From a bacterium (GTDB taxonomy: Bacteria > Bacteroidota > Ignavibacteria > UBA10030), in assembly GCA_043803945.1 (NCBI GenBank), contig JAZDJN010000051.1, positions 1-40,053 of the forward strand: a stretch of DNA of 40,053 nucleotides, read 5' to 3'. Under the pieces are notes generated by a model. The model saw only the letters and a program-made list of their open reading frames with translations. It ran no database searches and was not told where the DNA came from. Every line of letters begins with the position of its first letter. Within the stretch, counting starts at the first letter, position 1. A program made the position numbers and the translations under genes. This document shows, one piece after another, positions 7,153-17,616 of the stretch.

Positions 7153-10005
7153 TTACTTTACGTCCAATTCATATCCTCTCGTTTTCCCTTTTTCGATTGC
7201 CGGAAGACCTTTTGTCATCCAGACTGGAGCCGGTTCACCTTTCAGGTAATGATCGAAAAATTGGGAAAGACGGATAGAGAGGTCTTTTCTGTTCTTCCGT
7301 TGAACAAGGTTGTGTGCTTCACCATTATAGACCAGCAGCCAGGCCGGCTTCTGCAGACGCCGGAGTGCCGTAAAGAATTCAATACCTTGATACCAGGGAA
7401 CTGCTCCATCGGCATCATTGGACATGATCAGGAGTGGTGTGTTGATATACGGTACACGGAAGATTGGAGAATTCTCGATATAAAGCATTGGCGCCTCCCA
7501 CAGTGTTGCACCGATGCGGCTCTGTGTTTTTTCATACTGGAACATCCGGCTCATACCCGATTCCCACCGGATTCCGCCATAGGCACTTGTCATGTTCGAA
7601 ACCGGTGCCCCTGCACCTGCGGCGGCAAACATTTTCGAATTTGCCACCATATACGCAGCCTGGTATCCACCCCAGCTTTGCCCCTGAATGCCGATCTTTG
7701 AACTGTCGATGAATCCCTGAGCGACCAGTTTCAGAATGCCGGGCACAATACAATCGAGAGCGCTCTTACCGGGATACCCAACCTGATACCGGATGTCAGG
7801 AACAAATACAATGTACCCCCGACTGACAAAGAAGGAAATATTAATCGTGGAAGCGGATGGTGCCGGTGCAATATAGCGGTGGAGTCCATCGGACATGCGT
7901 TCATAGAAATAGGAGATGAGGGGGTATTTCTTTTTCAGATCGAAATTCTCCGGCTTGTAGAGCAATCCCTCAAGCGGCTTTCCATCCGCTGCCATCCAGG
8001 AGATCAACTCAACGCTGCCCCAGAGATACTCCTTCTGTTGCGGATTAATAGTACTGAGCCGCTCGAATGTTTTGAATGAAAGGTCCGTCAGGTACAGATC
8101 GGGAGATTCCTTGAACGTGCTTCGTGTCAGAATAATCCTGTCGACCTGCTCTGCTTTTCTTGGTGTGGCGAAATCATAAGCATCAAGCAAAAGCCGCGAT
8201 GGCGGCTGTGAACCATTCAACTTCATTGTCGAGAAGCCTGCGGATTTACTCACGTATGAGAAAGTTGACAAGAGGATCTGAACATCAGGTTTTAGAAATC
8301 GTTCCTCAGGATCGAGACGCACATAGCGGAACCGCAGTTGCTCCTGCCTGCCAACGCTGCGTGTGATATTTTCAGCGGCTCGTTTTCCATCGGGGTCGAG
8401 CCTCCAAATATCATACCGATCATAGACAAACAGATCTTCATCATTTTCAGTCCAGCCCATCAAACCGTACGACGAGGGAGTATCGGGAACATCATTTAAC
8501 TCGTTATGGACGGCATAGGGAATCCTTGCGCTCAGGTTGATCATCTTGCCCGAACTGAGCGAGTAGCAATGCCAGCTAGAATCTGTACCGGTAAACCAAT
8601 AGAGGTACTCCAGGTTGGGAGAGAGGGATGCGCTTCCGTCGAGTTTTTCCAGTATTTTCTTCGTCGATCCGGTGTTGACATCGACCAGATAGATATCGTT
8701 ATAGGATCCATCCCACGAGACAAGCTGCCGGTACTTGATATCCGATGTACCAATTGCAATCTCGGCATCACCGTCTTTACTAATAGATACGGTTGGCAAC
8801 TCTTGCGATGCCAATTGTATGAATTTCTTTTTCTTCAGTTGGAAGACTGAAAGGTACGAACGCTTCTTTTCTGTCTCCAGGTTCTTCAATTGTTGCGGCT
8901 GCAAGAGAGGATCTTTCCAGTTCCAGATATCGAGTTTGGCGGTCTCTTCATCATTCATCGTAGTATCGTCGGGCATCAACACGGGGGAAGTACCGAGGAA
9001 GAGCTTCTTGCCATCCTTCGAGAAATAGACCCGTGCATTTTCATTCACCAGCCACTTTGAAGGAAGTCCCGCTGTCAAGGTATCAACAACCTTTTCCGCA
9101 GATTTTAACTCCGTGTTCCAATAATACAGAGCATAGTATTTCTGCTTTGCCTTTGAGGTATCCTTATGTGCGATAAATGCAGCCTGGTTCCCTTCATCGT
9201 CACAGATGACATTCTTATACTTTCCTTTGCCGGAGAGTAGTGTATCGATGATCGTTTGCGGCGGTTCAGCGGCTGCCTTGGTTGTACTCATTGTTAAGAC
9301 ACCAGAGTTTAATGTGCTGTCGTTGCCTGTTGTGGTGAGAATAAGCCGACTGCCATTTTTCGAAAACACAAACTCACTGGCAAAGGGGAAGGAGTACTCC
9401 TTGGCGGTCAGAAGATTCCGCAGAATAACGGTCGTTCCCTTTTCCTCTTTCTTATCAGCTTCATCTTCCGGGGCATCGCTCACGCCGTCCTTTTTCTCAG
9501 GAGTCTTTTTGACCTTTTTCGTTGTATCGACAGGTTCTTTTTCCAGTTGATAGGCTAACCAACCGGATCCCTTCTCCGGCGTCTTGAACGATTTGACGCG
9601 GGGAATTTTCGTTACCTTCATTGTGGCGAGATGGAGGATACCGAGTGTATCTTTGGGCATATCATCAGGCTTCTTCTTGGCGATTTTCATTTTCTTCACT
9701 TCTGCGAAGAACGGTTTGATCATGAAGGCAGCATAATCCGAAGCTTCCGATATGCGAGCTCCGGTTGCCCGGGGAATGGTATCGTAACGACAGGATTCTG
9801 TGTTATACACTACAAGATGTGCATCGCCCTCTTGGGGTTCAACAGAATAGAGAATCCATTTACCGTTTTTCGAGATGACGTCGCCGGCAATGCGATTCCA
9901 TCCATCGTAGACGTTATGATCGAGCGGTTTTTTTGTTGTCTGGGCAAGGAGTGTCGGTGTGAGAAGAACCAGAGCAATGAGGAGAAGTACAAGCGAAGAA
10001 CGCAT
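7153..10005 (-). CDS. Secreted S9 family (prolyl oligopeptidase-like) peptidase
   Basis: Signal peptide MRSSLVLLLIALVLL, beta-propeller region, GQSWGG nucleophile, DGAV Asp, GEAH His. Confidence 0.92.
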   Translation of the reverse strand: MRSSLVLLLIALVLLTPTLLAQTTKKPLDHNVYDGWNRIAGDVISKNGKWILYSVEPQEGDAHLVVYNTESCRYDTIPRATGARISEASDYAAFMIKPFFAEVKKMKIAKKKPDDMPKDTLGILHLATMKVTKIPRVKSFKTPEKGSGWLAYQLEKEPVDTTKKVKKTPEKKDGVSDAPEDEADKKEEKGTTVILRNLLTAKEYSFPFASEFVFSKNGSRLILTTTGNDSTLNSGVLTMSTTKAAAEPPQTIIDTLLSGKGKYKNVICDDEGNQAAFIAHKDTSKAKQKYYALYYWNTELKSAEKVVDTLTAGLPSKWLVNENARVYFSKDGKKLFLGTSPVLMPDDTTMNDEETAKLDIWNWKDPLLQPQQLKNLETEKKRSYLSVFQLKKKKFIQLASQELPTVSISKDGDAEIAIGTSDIKYRQLVSWDGSYNDIYLVDVNTGSTKKILEKLDGSASLSPNLEYLYWFTGTDSSWHCYSLSSGKMINLSARIPYAVHNELNDVPDTPSSYGLMGWTENDEDLFVYDRYDIWRLDPDGKRAAENITRSVGRQEQLRFRYVRLDPEERFLKPDVQILLSTFSYVSKSAGFSTMKLNGSQPPSRLLLDAYDFATPRKAEQVDRIILTRSTFKESPDLYLTDLSFKTFERLSTINPQQKEYLWGSVELISWMAADGKPLEGLLYKPENFDLKKKYPLISYFYERMSDGLHRYIAPAPSASTINISFFVSRGYIVFVPDIRYQVGYPGKSALDCIVPGILKLVAQGFIDSSKIGIQGQSWGGYQAAYMVANSKMFAAAGAGAPVSNMTSAYGGIRWESGMSRMFQYEKTQSRIGATLWEAPMLYIENSPIFRVPYINTPLLIMSNDADGAVPWYQGIEFFTALRRLQKPAWLLVYNGEAHNLVQRKNRKDLSIRLSQFFDHYLKGEPAPVWMTKGLPAIEKGKTRGYELDVK

Positions 10006-10068
10006 GATGACCTCAAAGGTTGTGTGGATCAAGATGGGTAATCAACTCGGTCGATCGCCCATGGTGAA

Positions 10069-11763
10069 TTAATTGGAATAGAGATACCGTTTTATTTTCT
10101 GTGTTGGAGTTTTTTCAAACGGTTCTGTCTGTTCGATGATGCGTGCAAGCCGCGAAAAAGTGGAGACCTGCTCGTTGACCTGTTTCTTAATATCATCGAG
10201 CAATTGCGTAATCTTTTCCTGTGATTGTGCCCCGGCGAGATTGAGTTTTGCATATTCAATATCAAGTCTTTCATAATCGAGGTGAACTCGTGCAACAAGC
10301 TGTCCGTGATCTTCGAAGACCAGTGACTCAAGGACGATCTCAAAGCGATTGAGAACCGATTCGACCGCTTCCGGGTAAATATTTTCGCCGCTCGGTCCGA
10401 GGATGACATTCTTCAGCCGGCCCTGAATATAGAGGTAACCATTCTTGTCGAAGTTTCCCAGATCACCGGTACGAAACCACCCGTCAGCAGTGAGAACCTC
10501 TGCGGTACGTTCGGGATCCCGGAAGTACCCTTTCATAACACTGGATCCGCGTACGATAATCTCTCCAACGCCTGTGTTCGCATCAGGTTTATCGATGCGC
10601 ACTTCAAGTCCCTCGACGGAAGGTCCTGTGGAGCGATAGCGGGTATGTGCGGCATCGGTGCCGGCAACGAGAGGAGATGTTTCGGTCAGGCCGTAGCCGA
10701 TGGCATAGGGAAATTCTGCTTCGCGTAAAAAGTGTTCAACCTCTGCGGAGAGTTTGGCACCGCCGATACCGAAGAAACGCATCTGACCGCCAAACGTAGC
10801 CATCAGTTTTTTGCCGGCGACTTTATTGATCCGTTTGCGGAGGAGAGGGAATTTGTATAATACCCGTACCAGTGCCCGTTTCCGTAATTCAGGCATAATG
10901 CGTGTCTTGAACATTTTTTCGATGATGAGCGGTACGGTCAGCATCATAGTCGGCTTGATTGCTTCGAGTGCTGGAAGCAGAACGGCAGCCGTGGGAGGTT
11001 TTCGGACATAATGGACCGAAGCACCACAGAGTAACGGCAGAACCAGTCCTAACGTACATTCGTAAACATGAGCAAGCGGAAGAACGGACAACATGCGATC
11101 GTTCGTATCGATGTTTGGAATTTTTGATGATGCGATTGCATTCCAGACAATATTCTTGTGCGTCAGCATAACGCCCTTTGAATGCCCTGTCGTTCCTGAA
11201 GTATAGATGATCGATGCCACATCATCTTCATTGACCTTTGTATCGATCAGCCCAACGAACCGCATGGCAAGAATCTTTATCTTCCGCAGTTCCTTGCTTC
11301 CTTCGGTAATAAGCCGCTTAAGCTTTGCCTTCGAAGTGTCGGGGCTGATGACGGAAAAATCCTGCAGAAGGACTACAGAGTTGAATTGTGTAAAATCGAA
11401 ATCCTCTATCTTATAATAGAACCGATCAGAGACAAAGACCACTTTACTGCCCGAGTGTCGGAGAATGTGGTGCACTTCGGAGGTATGAAAATCGGGAAGG
11501 ATGGGGACAACGATTGCCCCCATGGAAGTGATGGCGAAGTAGGCGATTCCCCATTGGGGAGAATTCTCTCCCAGTATCGCAACCCGATCGCCATGGAGAA
11601 TTCCCTGCTTAATAAGAAAGCGGGATAGCTGTTCGACCTGTTTCTGATAATCCTGGTAGGTGAGAGGCGTTTCGTCGGTGAATCCGGCGGCAGTTTTGTG
11701 TCCATACAGCTTTGCGCTGCGGTTGATGACTTCAGCCAATGTCAAAACTTGTAAGTCTTGCAT
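10069..11763 (-). CDS. Long-chain fatty acid-CoA ligase (AMP-binding enzyme)
   Basis: IYTSGTTGHSKG, GYGLTETSP, GWFRTGDLG, terminal KTPTQKIKR. Confidence 0.92.
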   Translation of the reverse strand: MQDLQVLTLAEVINRSAKLYGHKTAAGFTDETPLTYQDYQKQVEQLSRFLIKQGILHGDRVAILGENSPQWGIAYFAITSMGAIVVPILPDFHTSEVHHILRHSGSKVVFVSDRFYYKIEDFDFTQFNSVVLLQDFSVISPDTSKAKLKRLITEGSKELRKIKILAMRFVGLIDTKVNEDDVASIIYTSGTTGHSKGVMLTHKNIVWNAIASSKIPNIDTNDRMLSVLPLAHVYECTLGLVLPLLCGASVHYVRKPPTAAVLLPALEAIKPTMMLTVPLIIEKMFKTRIMPELRKRALVRVLYKFPLLRKRINKVAGKKLMATFGGQMRFFGIGGAKLSAEVEHFLREAEFPYAIGYGLTETSPLVAGTDAAHTRYRSTGPSVEGLEVRIDKPDANTGVGEIIVRGSSVMKGYFRDPERTAEVLTADGWFRTGDLGNFDKNGYLYIQGRLKNVILGPSGENIYPEAVESVLNRFEIVLESLVFEDHGQLVARVHLDYERLDIEYAKLNLAGAQSQEKITQLLDDIKKQVNEQVSTFSRLARIIEQTEPFEKTPTQKIKRYLYSN

Positions 11764-11954
11764 GTGATACTCTTTCGTTTATTCAACTCTGATGTATGGC
11801 ACGCGTGGAAAGGTAAAAGATTCTTCCTCGAAATTCTCAATATTTTTATTGGATTGTTCAGGAAATAAACCTGCAGCCCGATGAGTGAGTGAGAGCCACC
11901 CTTTCTGAGCAGGGAGATGAGGACATTCGCGTCACCGGGAAAGTGCCAGTAATA

Positions 11955-12389
11955 CTATTCCTTCTTTCCCATATAGACGAGTTCAACATTTGCCTGTTTG
12001 GCATAATCACCGATCCGTTCATCCTGGTAGAATTCTTTATAGTACACCACCCGGATGCCGGCATTGGCAGCAAGCTTGAAACAGGTGAGGCATGGCGAGG
12101 CAGTGACATAAATCTCGGAATCGTTGATCGCCACACCATGCTTCGCAGCCTGGGCAACGGCATTCGCTTCGGCATGGACAGTACGAACACAGTGTCCGCT
12201 CTCCATATCATGTCCCGCATCGTCGCAGTGGGGAGCACCGCGGAGGCTGCCGTTATAGCCTGTGGAGAGGATGGTCTTGTCGCGCACGATCACCGCACCC
12301 ACATGTTTTCGATCGCAGGTGCTCCGGGTTGCTACCTGTTCGGCGATATTCATAAAATACTCATGCCAGTCAACGCGTGTATCGGTCAT
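11955..12389 (-). CDS. dCMP deaminase (ComEB-like cytidine/deoxycytidylate deaminase)
   Basis: RSTC..HVGAVIV, TGYNG, HAEANA, SPCLTC Zn-binding motifs. Confidence 0.92.
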   Translation of the reverse strand: MTDTRVDWHEYFMNIAEQVATRSTCDRKHVGAVIVRDKTILSTGYNGSLRGAPHCDDAGHDMESGHCVRTVHAEANAVAQAAKHGVAINDSEIYVTASPCLTCFKLAANAGIRVVYYKEFYQDERIGDYAKQANVELVYMGKKE

Positions 12390-12778
12390 AGAGAATCTCC
12401 ACTTGTAGTAGTATGGTGATCGATAATTATTGCTCCATTAATGATGCGTCTGCTGCTCGATTCTCCCGGTTCGTGGATGGTTCAGAGAATCAAGGACATT
12501 CGATTGAGCAAGGCAGAGTGTGAGGAAAAAGGCTCATTCCCTTTCCAATCTTCGTTCAAAAAGTAGTAAAATAGAAGGGAAAATCAAAGGATTACCACCA
12601 TCGAAGATCATTCCTCGATGAGAAGCTTCACCTGATATTTCCATGGGTTGAGAAAATACGGGAGAATTCACATCTGAAGTCCACCAACGAAGAAGTATTA
12701 TCACAAATGGAGTAGAATTTTTTGATAAAAAGCTTTATCATAAAAGGCAACCGTTGTATGATGATGAAAGGTAATTGT

Positions 12779-13777
12779 ATGCAAAAAATATTCTCATTTA
12801 TGCTCATTACGCTGTTAATTTTTCTCCTTCCGTTAAATCAGATGCTGGGGAGTGGCAATAAAGCTCCAGCCAAGAAAATAACAATCGGCTTTATCGGTAA
12901 GATTGAAGGAAACCCGGTCTTCCAGGCGGCGTTCTCAGGTGCAAAGGTTGCAGCAAGAGAGCTGGCGGCGAAGAATAACATTGAAATCACCATCAGCCAA
13001 CAATCGCCAGCAACTCAAAGTGCCACTGAACAGGCTGCGCGAATTGAATCGCTGCTGAGTAGTGGAGCTGCAGGAATAGCAATCGCTTGCAGCGATCAAA
13101 AAATTGTGGCACCGGCGATCAATAAGGCCATGAAAGCAGGAATCCCGGTAGTGTGTTTTGATGCTGATGCACCGACCAGTAAACGCATTGCATACTATGG
13201 CCCGAACGATGTCGAATTCGGCAGAATGTTGATGAAGGAACTCTCGCGTGAATTAAATGGAAAAGGAACGATCGCAATACTGGCTGGGAATCCCAAAGCA
13301 TTGAACCTCCAACGCAGGCTTCAGGGAATTAAAGAGGAGCTGGCAAAGCATCCGGGCATTACTCTTCCCTCGAAAGGTGTTCTCTATCATCAAGAATCAC
13401 CGGTAGCTGCAGTTGAGGCCCTCGATCGACATCAGCAGGCCAATCCGAATATTAAAGGATGGATATCAATCGGGAGCTGGCCATTCAATCTTAAAAACAG
13501 CATTAAATGGAAACCGGGTGAGGTGAAGCTGGTTGCAGGGAATGCTGTACCGTCGGAATTAGCCTACGTGGAAAGCGGATTTATCCAGGCTCTGGTCGGT
13601 GTCAATTGTTTTGAAATGGGTTACAAATCTGTCGAAATCCTTGTCGATAAAATCGTCAACAACCAAGTTCCGGCAACCACAATAATCTATGCTCCTCTCA
13701 CAAGGGTTTCGAAAGAGAATTTCAAAGAGTGGACATTAAATTGGCGGAAGTGGCTCATAAAGGAAGCCTTGAACTAG
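12779..13777 (+). CDS. Periplasmic sugar-binding protein (RbsB/Peripla_BP type), no adjacent ABC genes
   Basis: Signal peptide; NPVF, AINKAMKAGIPVVCFDADA, FEMGYKSVEIL motifs. Confidence 0.85.
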   Translation: MQKIFSFMLITLLIFLLPLNQMLGSGNKAPAKKITIGFIGKIEGNPVFQAAFSGAKVAARELAAKNNIEITISQQSPATQSATEQAARIESLLSSGAAGIAIACSDQKIVAPAINKAMKAGIPVVCFDADAPTSKRIAYYGPNDVEFGRMLMKELSRELNGKGTIAILAGNPKALNLQRRLQGIKEELAKHPGITLPSKGVLYHQESPVAAVEALDRHQQANPNIKGWISIGSWPFNLKNSIKWKPGEVKLVAGNAVPSELAYVESGFIQALVGVNCFEMGYKSVEILVDKIVNNQVPATTIIYAPLTRVSKENFKEWTLNWRKWLIKEALN

Positions 13778-13789
13778 CAGGATTCGGAG

Positions 13790-14032
13790 TTTACACCGTA
13801 TCGTAATTCCACAGTGTTCGGGAAACAACTGAAGAGTTACCGCGAGGGAAAAGGTATCGCTCGTTCAACCAAAATCTCAACGCTGGTTATTCTCTGGGTC
13901 AGCATCATCTCATCTGCATGTTACTCCACTGAGTCGCTTCTCGTACGAATTATCCTTGCGCTGGTTGGGATTGGCGTGACAATTCATCTCTTGACGATTC
14001 CAACCGCGACGCAGGAACAGAGTGTGGAATAA
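13790..14032 (+). pseudogene. 3' half of a YbaN/DUF454-like membrane protein
   Basis: FGKQLKSYREGKGIARSTKISTLVILWVSI...GVTIHLLTIPT resembles the DUF454 C-terminus; no room for an N-terminal half after the preceding stop. Confidence 0.6.
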
Positions 14033-14052
14033 TGGATCGTACGTTTAGTCGA

Positions 14053-14829
14053 TTATGACATGTCTGCCGCTGATGGGGAATTGCCGGCAGAGCCTCTCCA
14101 TTCATTGATCTGATCGATAATCATTTGCCTGATGGAGTCTCGCAGTGTCGAGGCATCTTTTTGCGTGAGGCCTGTTGTTTCGATTGGATCGAAAACTTTG
14201 AGCTTGACTTCCGCCGGTCTTCCAAAAATCCAGCTTTTCTTGGGAAGGCAGTGGTAAGAACCCTCGATGGCGAGAGGGAGAATTGGCACACCTGCTTTGA
14301 TAGCAAGATAGAATGCACCGTCGGTGAACGTTCCGACGTTTCCATCACGTGTCCGGGTGCCTTCCGGAAAAAACATGACCGGGCAATTGTCTTTTAGGTA
14401 CTGCATCGCTTTCATGAGCATCTTTGCGCCGCTGCGAGGGTCTTTTCTGTCGAGAGCGATATCACCGGAAAGTTTCATCAACCAGCCGATGAACGGGGTT
14501 TCGAACAATTCTTTTTTCCCCACCCATTTCATTTCCCACTTGAGATTGGAGATCAGCGGAATGTCTGCCATCGATTGATGATTGCTGATTACGACATACC
14601 CGCGTTGCTCGGGAAGTGTGTCGCGCCCGATGATTTGAAGTTTCCAGTATGAGTTCGCCCTGGTGAGAGCCCGGCCCAGCCGTCGGAACCAGAGCCCGGT
14701 GCGCATCACACTCTTGTTTCGATCGAAAAGCCTTACACTTGCAAGCAAAGGAAGCCAGAGCACAATGATCAATCCACTGGCAATCCAGACGCGGATGGAT
14801 CGAGCGACCACTTTAATAGAATGTTCCAT
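14053..14829 (-). CDS. plsC: 1-acyl-sn-glycerol-3-phosphate acyltransferase (PlsC family)
   Basis: NHQSMAD (HX4D) and FPEGTR motifs. Confidence 0.88.
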   Translation of the reverse strand: MEHSIKVVARSIRVWIASGLIIVLWLPLLASVRLFDRNKSVMRTGLWFRRLGRALTRANSYWKLQIIGRDTLPEQRGYVVISNHQSMADIPLISNLKWEMKWVGKKELFETPFIGWLMKLSGDIALDRKDPRSGAKMLMKAMQYLKDNCPVMFFPEGTRTRDGNVGTFTDGAFYLAIKAGVPILPLAIEGSYHCLPKKSWIFGRPAEVKLKVFDPIETTGLTQKDASTLRDSIRQMIIDQINEWRGSAGNSPSAADMS

Positions 14830-15398
14830 AAGCGAAGATAGAAAGTTTTTCTCTCTGAATCACCAAGAACTTTGCCCCGAACCCTATCCTTTCCCGCGAT
14901 AAGGAGCGGGAAGAGTTGAACATGTTATCAGTGAAGATGATGGATCTCCAAGGCGCAGAGTGAGGATGCTTTGGTTGCCCCAATGGTTGATGGGAAGGAA
15001 ATAAGTTTCTAGAATAATACTATTGAACCAGCCGTTCATCTGAGTTGAGCGCTGGATAAAGGAGACTCGACGAGGAGTAACTCTTCACTTTATCCAAAGT
15101 GTTTTATTATTAGGCCGGTCCGGGTGGGATTAAGCGGCTGTGAGTGTTCCAATACGCTTTTATGAGGATTGCACAGAAAAAGGACAATACTTGCAATTAC
15201 AGCGCAAATTTCTTAAATAGTAATGTGATATCTGTCCACCGCAAGCAGGAATATTGCGAGATCGACAGATCATCGGCATAGTCTCTGTTGGCTGAACAGT
15301 ATCCAAACCGATATTCTTCCCCCATTGCATGGTGTGAAAACATGTACCGGGAGAGGGAATAGTGTATTTTCTATGATAAGCGAGAAAGTTGCCAGGAA

Positions 15399-17228
15399 AT
15401 GATCACAACTGAACATCGGTTTCACATTCCGGTTATGGGAACCGGATTCTCGGCGGATACACCAATTCGTGTGGCACCTTTCGGTATTTCGTCTGTTATC
15501 TCCATCGTTGACGATTTGCTGCTGGAACGCATTCGTGAACATTACCACCGGCTGTTCGACATGCCGTACAAGAAAATTCAGCGGTACGAAGAGGATGGAC
15601 GGGCAAAGCGCATTACGGCGTACCTGGAAATGGTACAGGAAATTGTCCGCCAGAAAATGGAAAGCTTGAAAAGCCTTTCACTCTCTGAAGAGAATGACAA
15701 ATCGAAGTATTTTGCCATGTTGCCGGACGAAAGCATTCTGAAACAGAAGTACCTCCTGTTTTTACATAGCAGTCACCCCGCAGAACGTACTGATCTTGAA
15801 CGTGAACTGACCGAAAAGATGAAACCGGGTTCCATCGATGTCAATATTATGACCAAGCTCGATAAAGTAAATACGACGCGTCTCGGTGAAATATTAAGCG
15901 ATGAGTATACGGATGCCAAAGCAGCACTGAGAGGTTATGCAAACAGCACTCTCCATTCGAGCATCATTTTTTCAGCCGGATTAAACCAGGGGCTGTTCAA
16001 TTACATCACACGATTCAGGGATTTTTATCGCAATGAAGTTGGAGAAATAAAAAAGAACATCGTCCTCAAGGTCAGCGATTTTCGCTCTGCATTAATTCAG
16101 GGGAAAATTCTCGCGAAGAAAGGTCTTGAAGTAGGGGAATTCCGCATCGAATCCGGATTGAATTGCGGCGGTCATGCGTTTGCTTCAAATGGATATCTGC
16201 TTCCTCCCATCCTGAAGGAGTTCAGTGAAAAACGGCATCAGATTGCCGAAGAGTGTAAACCTCTGGTGAAAAAGTTCTACGAGTCGATGGGTTGGCACTA
16301 CAACGATTTGGCAGTGAGTTCAGAGCCTTTGGTAACCGTGCAGGGTGGAATCGGAACGCATGGTGAAGATCAGCGGCTCAGGGATGTCTTTAATGTCGAT
16401 CGAACAGGATGGGCAAGCCCGTTCTTGCTAGTACCGGAAGCAACATTAGTGGACAACGCTACCCGTGAACTATTACGCAATGCGAAGGAGGAAGATCTCT
16501 TCCTCAGCAATGTTTCACCGCTTGGGGTTCCATTCAATACCGTGAGCGGGAGCGGCTCCATCCGCTGGACTGCAGAGCAGGCGCAACGGGGAACACCGGG
16601 ATCGCCTTGCCCGAAAGGATTTCTTAAATCGAATCGCGAGTACACTGACCAACCGATCTGTACTGCCTCACGCGAATTTCAAAACCTCAAACTGGCTGAG
16701 ATTACTACAAACTCTCATCTCGATGAAACCCAGAAAGATGAACTCACTGCCAAGACCCATCAGAAGACCTGTCTTTGTGCACACCTGGGGAATAGCGCTC
16801 TCATTGCTCTCGGTCTCGAAGAGGAACGAAATGCACCGCAGTCCATTTGCCCCGGACCGAATATTGCCTGGTTCAACCGGTATTATAGTCTGCGGGAGAT
16901 GATCGATCATATCTATGGCCGCGGACCCTCATTGGTGCCGCAGGAACGCCCGCACATGTTCGCTAAGGAAATAGAGATGTATGTCGATTACTTCGGACGC
17001 TTGGTGAAGCAGTGTATGGGAACTCGAAAGGAATTGCAAAAGCTTCGGGAGTTTAAGGAAAATCTTGTCGAGGGTATGGATTACTGCCTCGAATTAGCGG
17101 CAGCAACACCAAATCAGAACGAAAACCTCTCATCGATTCCACCTGTTGTTGAGAAACAGCGTTCACGCCTACTGAAGCATTATGATGAGTTAATAGGATC
17201 TTTTGTGCCGGCGTTGACCGGAGTGTAG
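15399..17228 (+). CDS. Conserved hypothetical protein, possible flavin TIM-barrel/Fe-S oxidoreductase
   Basis: 609-aa ORF; ESGLNCGGH, VQGGIG and clustered Cys (SPCPKG, PICTAS, CLC, ICPGPN). Confidence 0.6.
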   Translation: MITTEHRFHIPVMGTGFSADTPIRVAPFGISSVISIVDDLLLERIREHYHRLFDMPYKKIQRYEEDGRAKRITAYLEMVQEIVRQKMESLKSLSLSEENDKSKYFAMLPDESILKQKYLLFLHSSHPAERTDLERELTEKMKPGSIDVNIMTKLDKVNTTRLGEILSDEYTDAKAALRGYANSTLHSSIIFSAGLNQGLFNYITRFRDFYRNEVGEIKKNIVLKVSDFRSALIQGKILAKKGLEVGEFRIESGLNCGGHAFASNGYLLPPILKEFSEKRHQIAEECKPLVKKFYESMGWHYNDLAVSSEPLVTVQGGIGTHGEDQRLRDVFNVDRTGWASPFLLVPEATLVDNATRELLRNAKEEDLFLSNVSPLGVPFNTVSGSGSIRWTAEQAQRGTPGSPCPKGFLKSNREYTDQPICTASREFQNLKLAEITTNSHLDETQKDELTAKTHQKTCLCAHLGNSALIALGLEEERNAPQSICPGPNIAWFNRYYSLREMIDHIYGRGPSLVPQERPHMFAKEIEMYVDYFGRLVKQCMGTRKELQKLREFKENLVEGMDYCLELAAATPNQNENLSSIPPVVEKQRSRLLKHYDELIGSFVPALTGV

Positions 17229-17616
17229 TCAGTCCTGCTGCCATTGTCCGAACCTTTATTCTTTGTCCTCTAAGGATGTAGTTCTCCTATACTTAGATCG
17301 TAAGTCCGATTCACATCGATTAACTCATGGAAACGGAGAAGACTTGCCTCTCTGCCTATGAGTATTCCTTCAAGTTGACCAAATAGCCCCAAAGATCGGG
17401 CAGGCAGTAATAACTCCCCGTAAATTAGCCGCAAAAGTCTCAGCGCTTTCTCAAATTTTGGCCTTACCATTTTACTTTCTTCAACTCATACATTACATTG
17501 CCATCAAGATTCGGAGGAGAATCCTCTCAGTCGCACAGTCTGGCTGTCGTGCTCACGAAGCCCTGCGACCACGTTGAACGCCTGTGCGATTACTTGTCGT
17601 GTCACACCTTTTTTGA

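Noticed and set aside
11889-12419. 176-aa plus-strand ORF
   Set aside because: Antisense shadow of the dCMP deaminase gene; the same applies to the many short ORFs overlapping long genes.
14940-15390. Riboswitch or CRP/FNR site in the plsC-hypothetical intergenic region
   Set aside because: Only one hairpin (TGGATAAAG/CTTTATCCA) and a half-site TGTGA; no recognisable aptamer consensus.
17270-17470. 66-aa minus-strand ORF
   Set aside because: No motif and a weak RBS; cannot be supported without a homology search.
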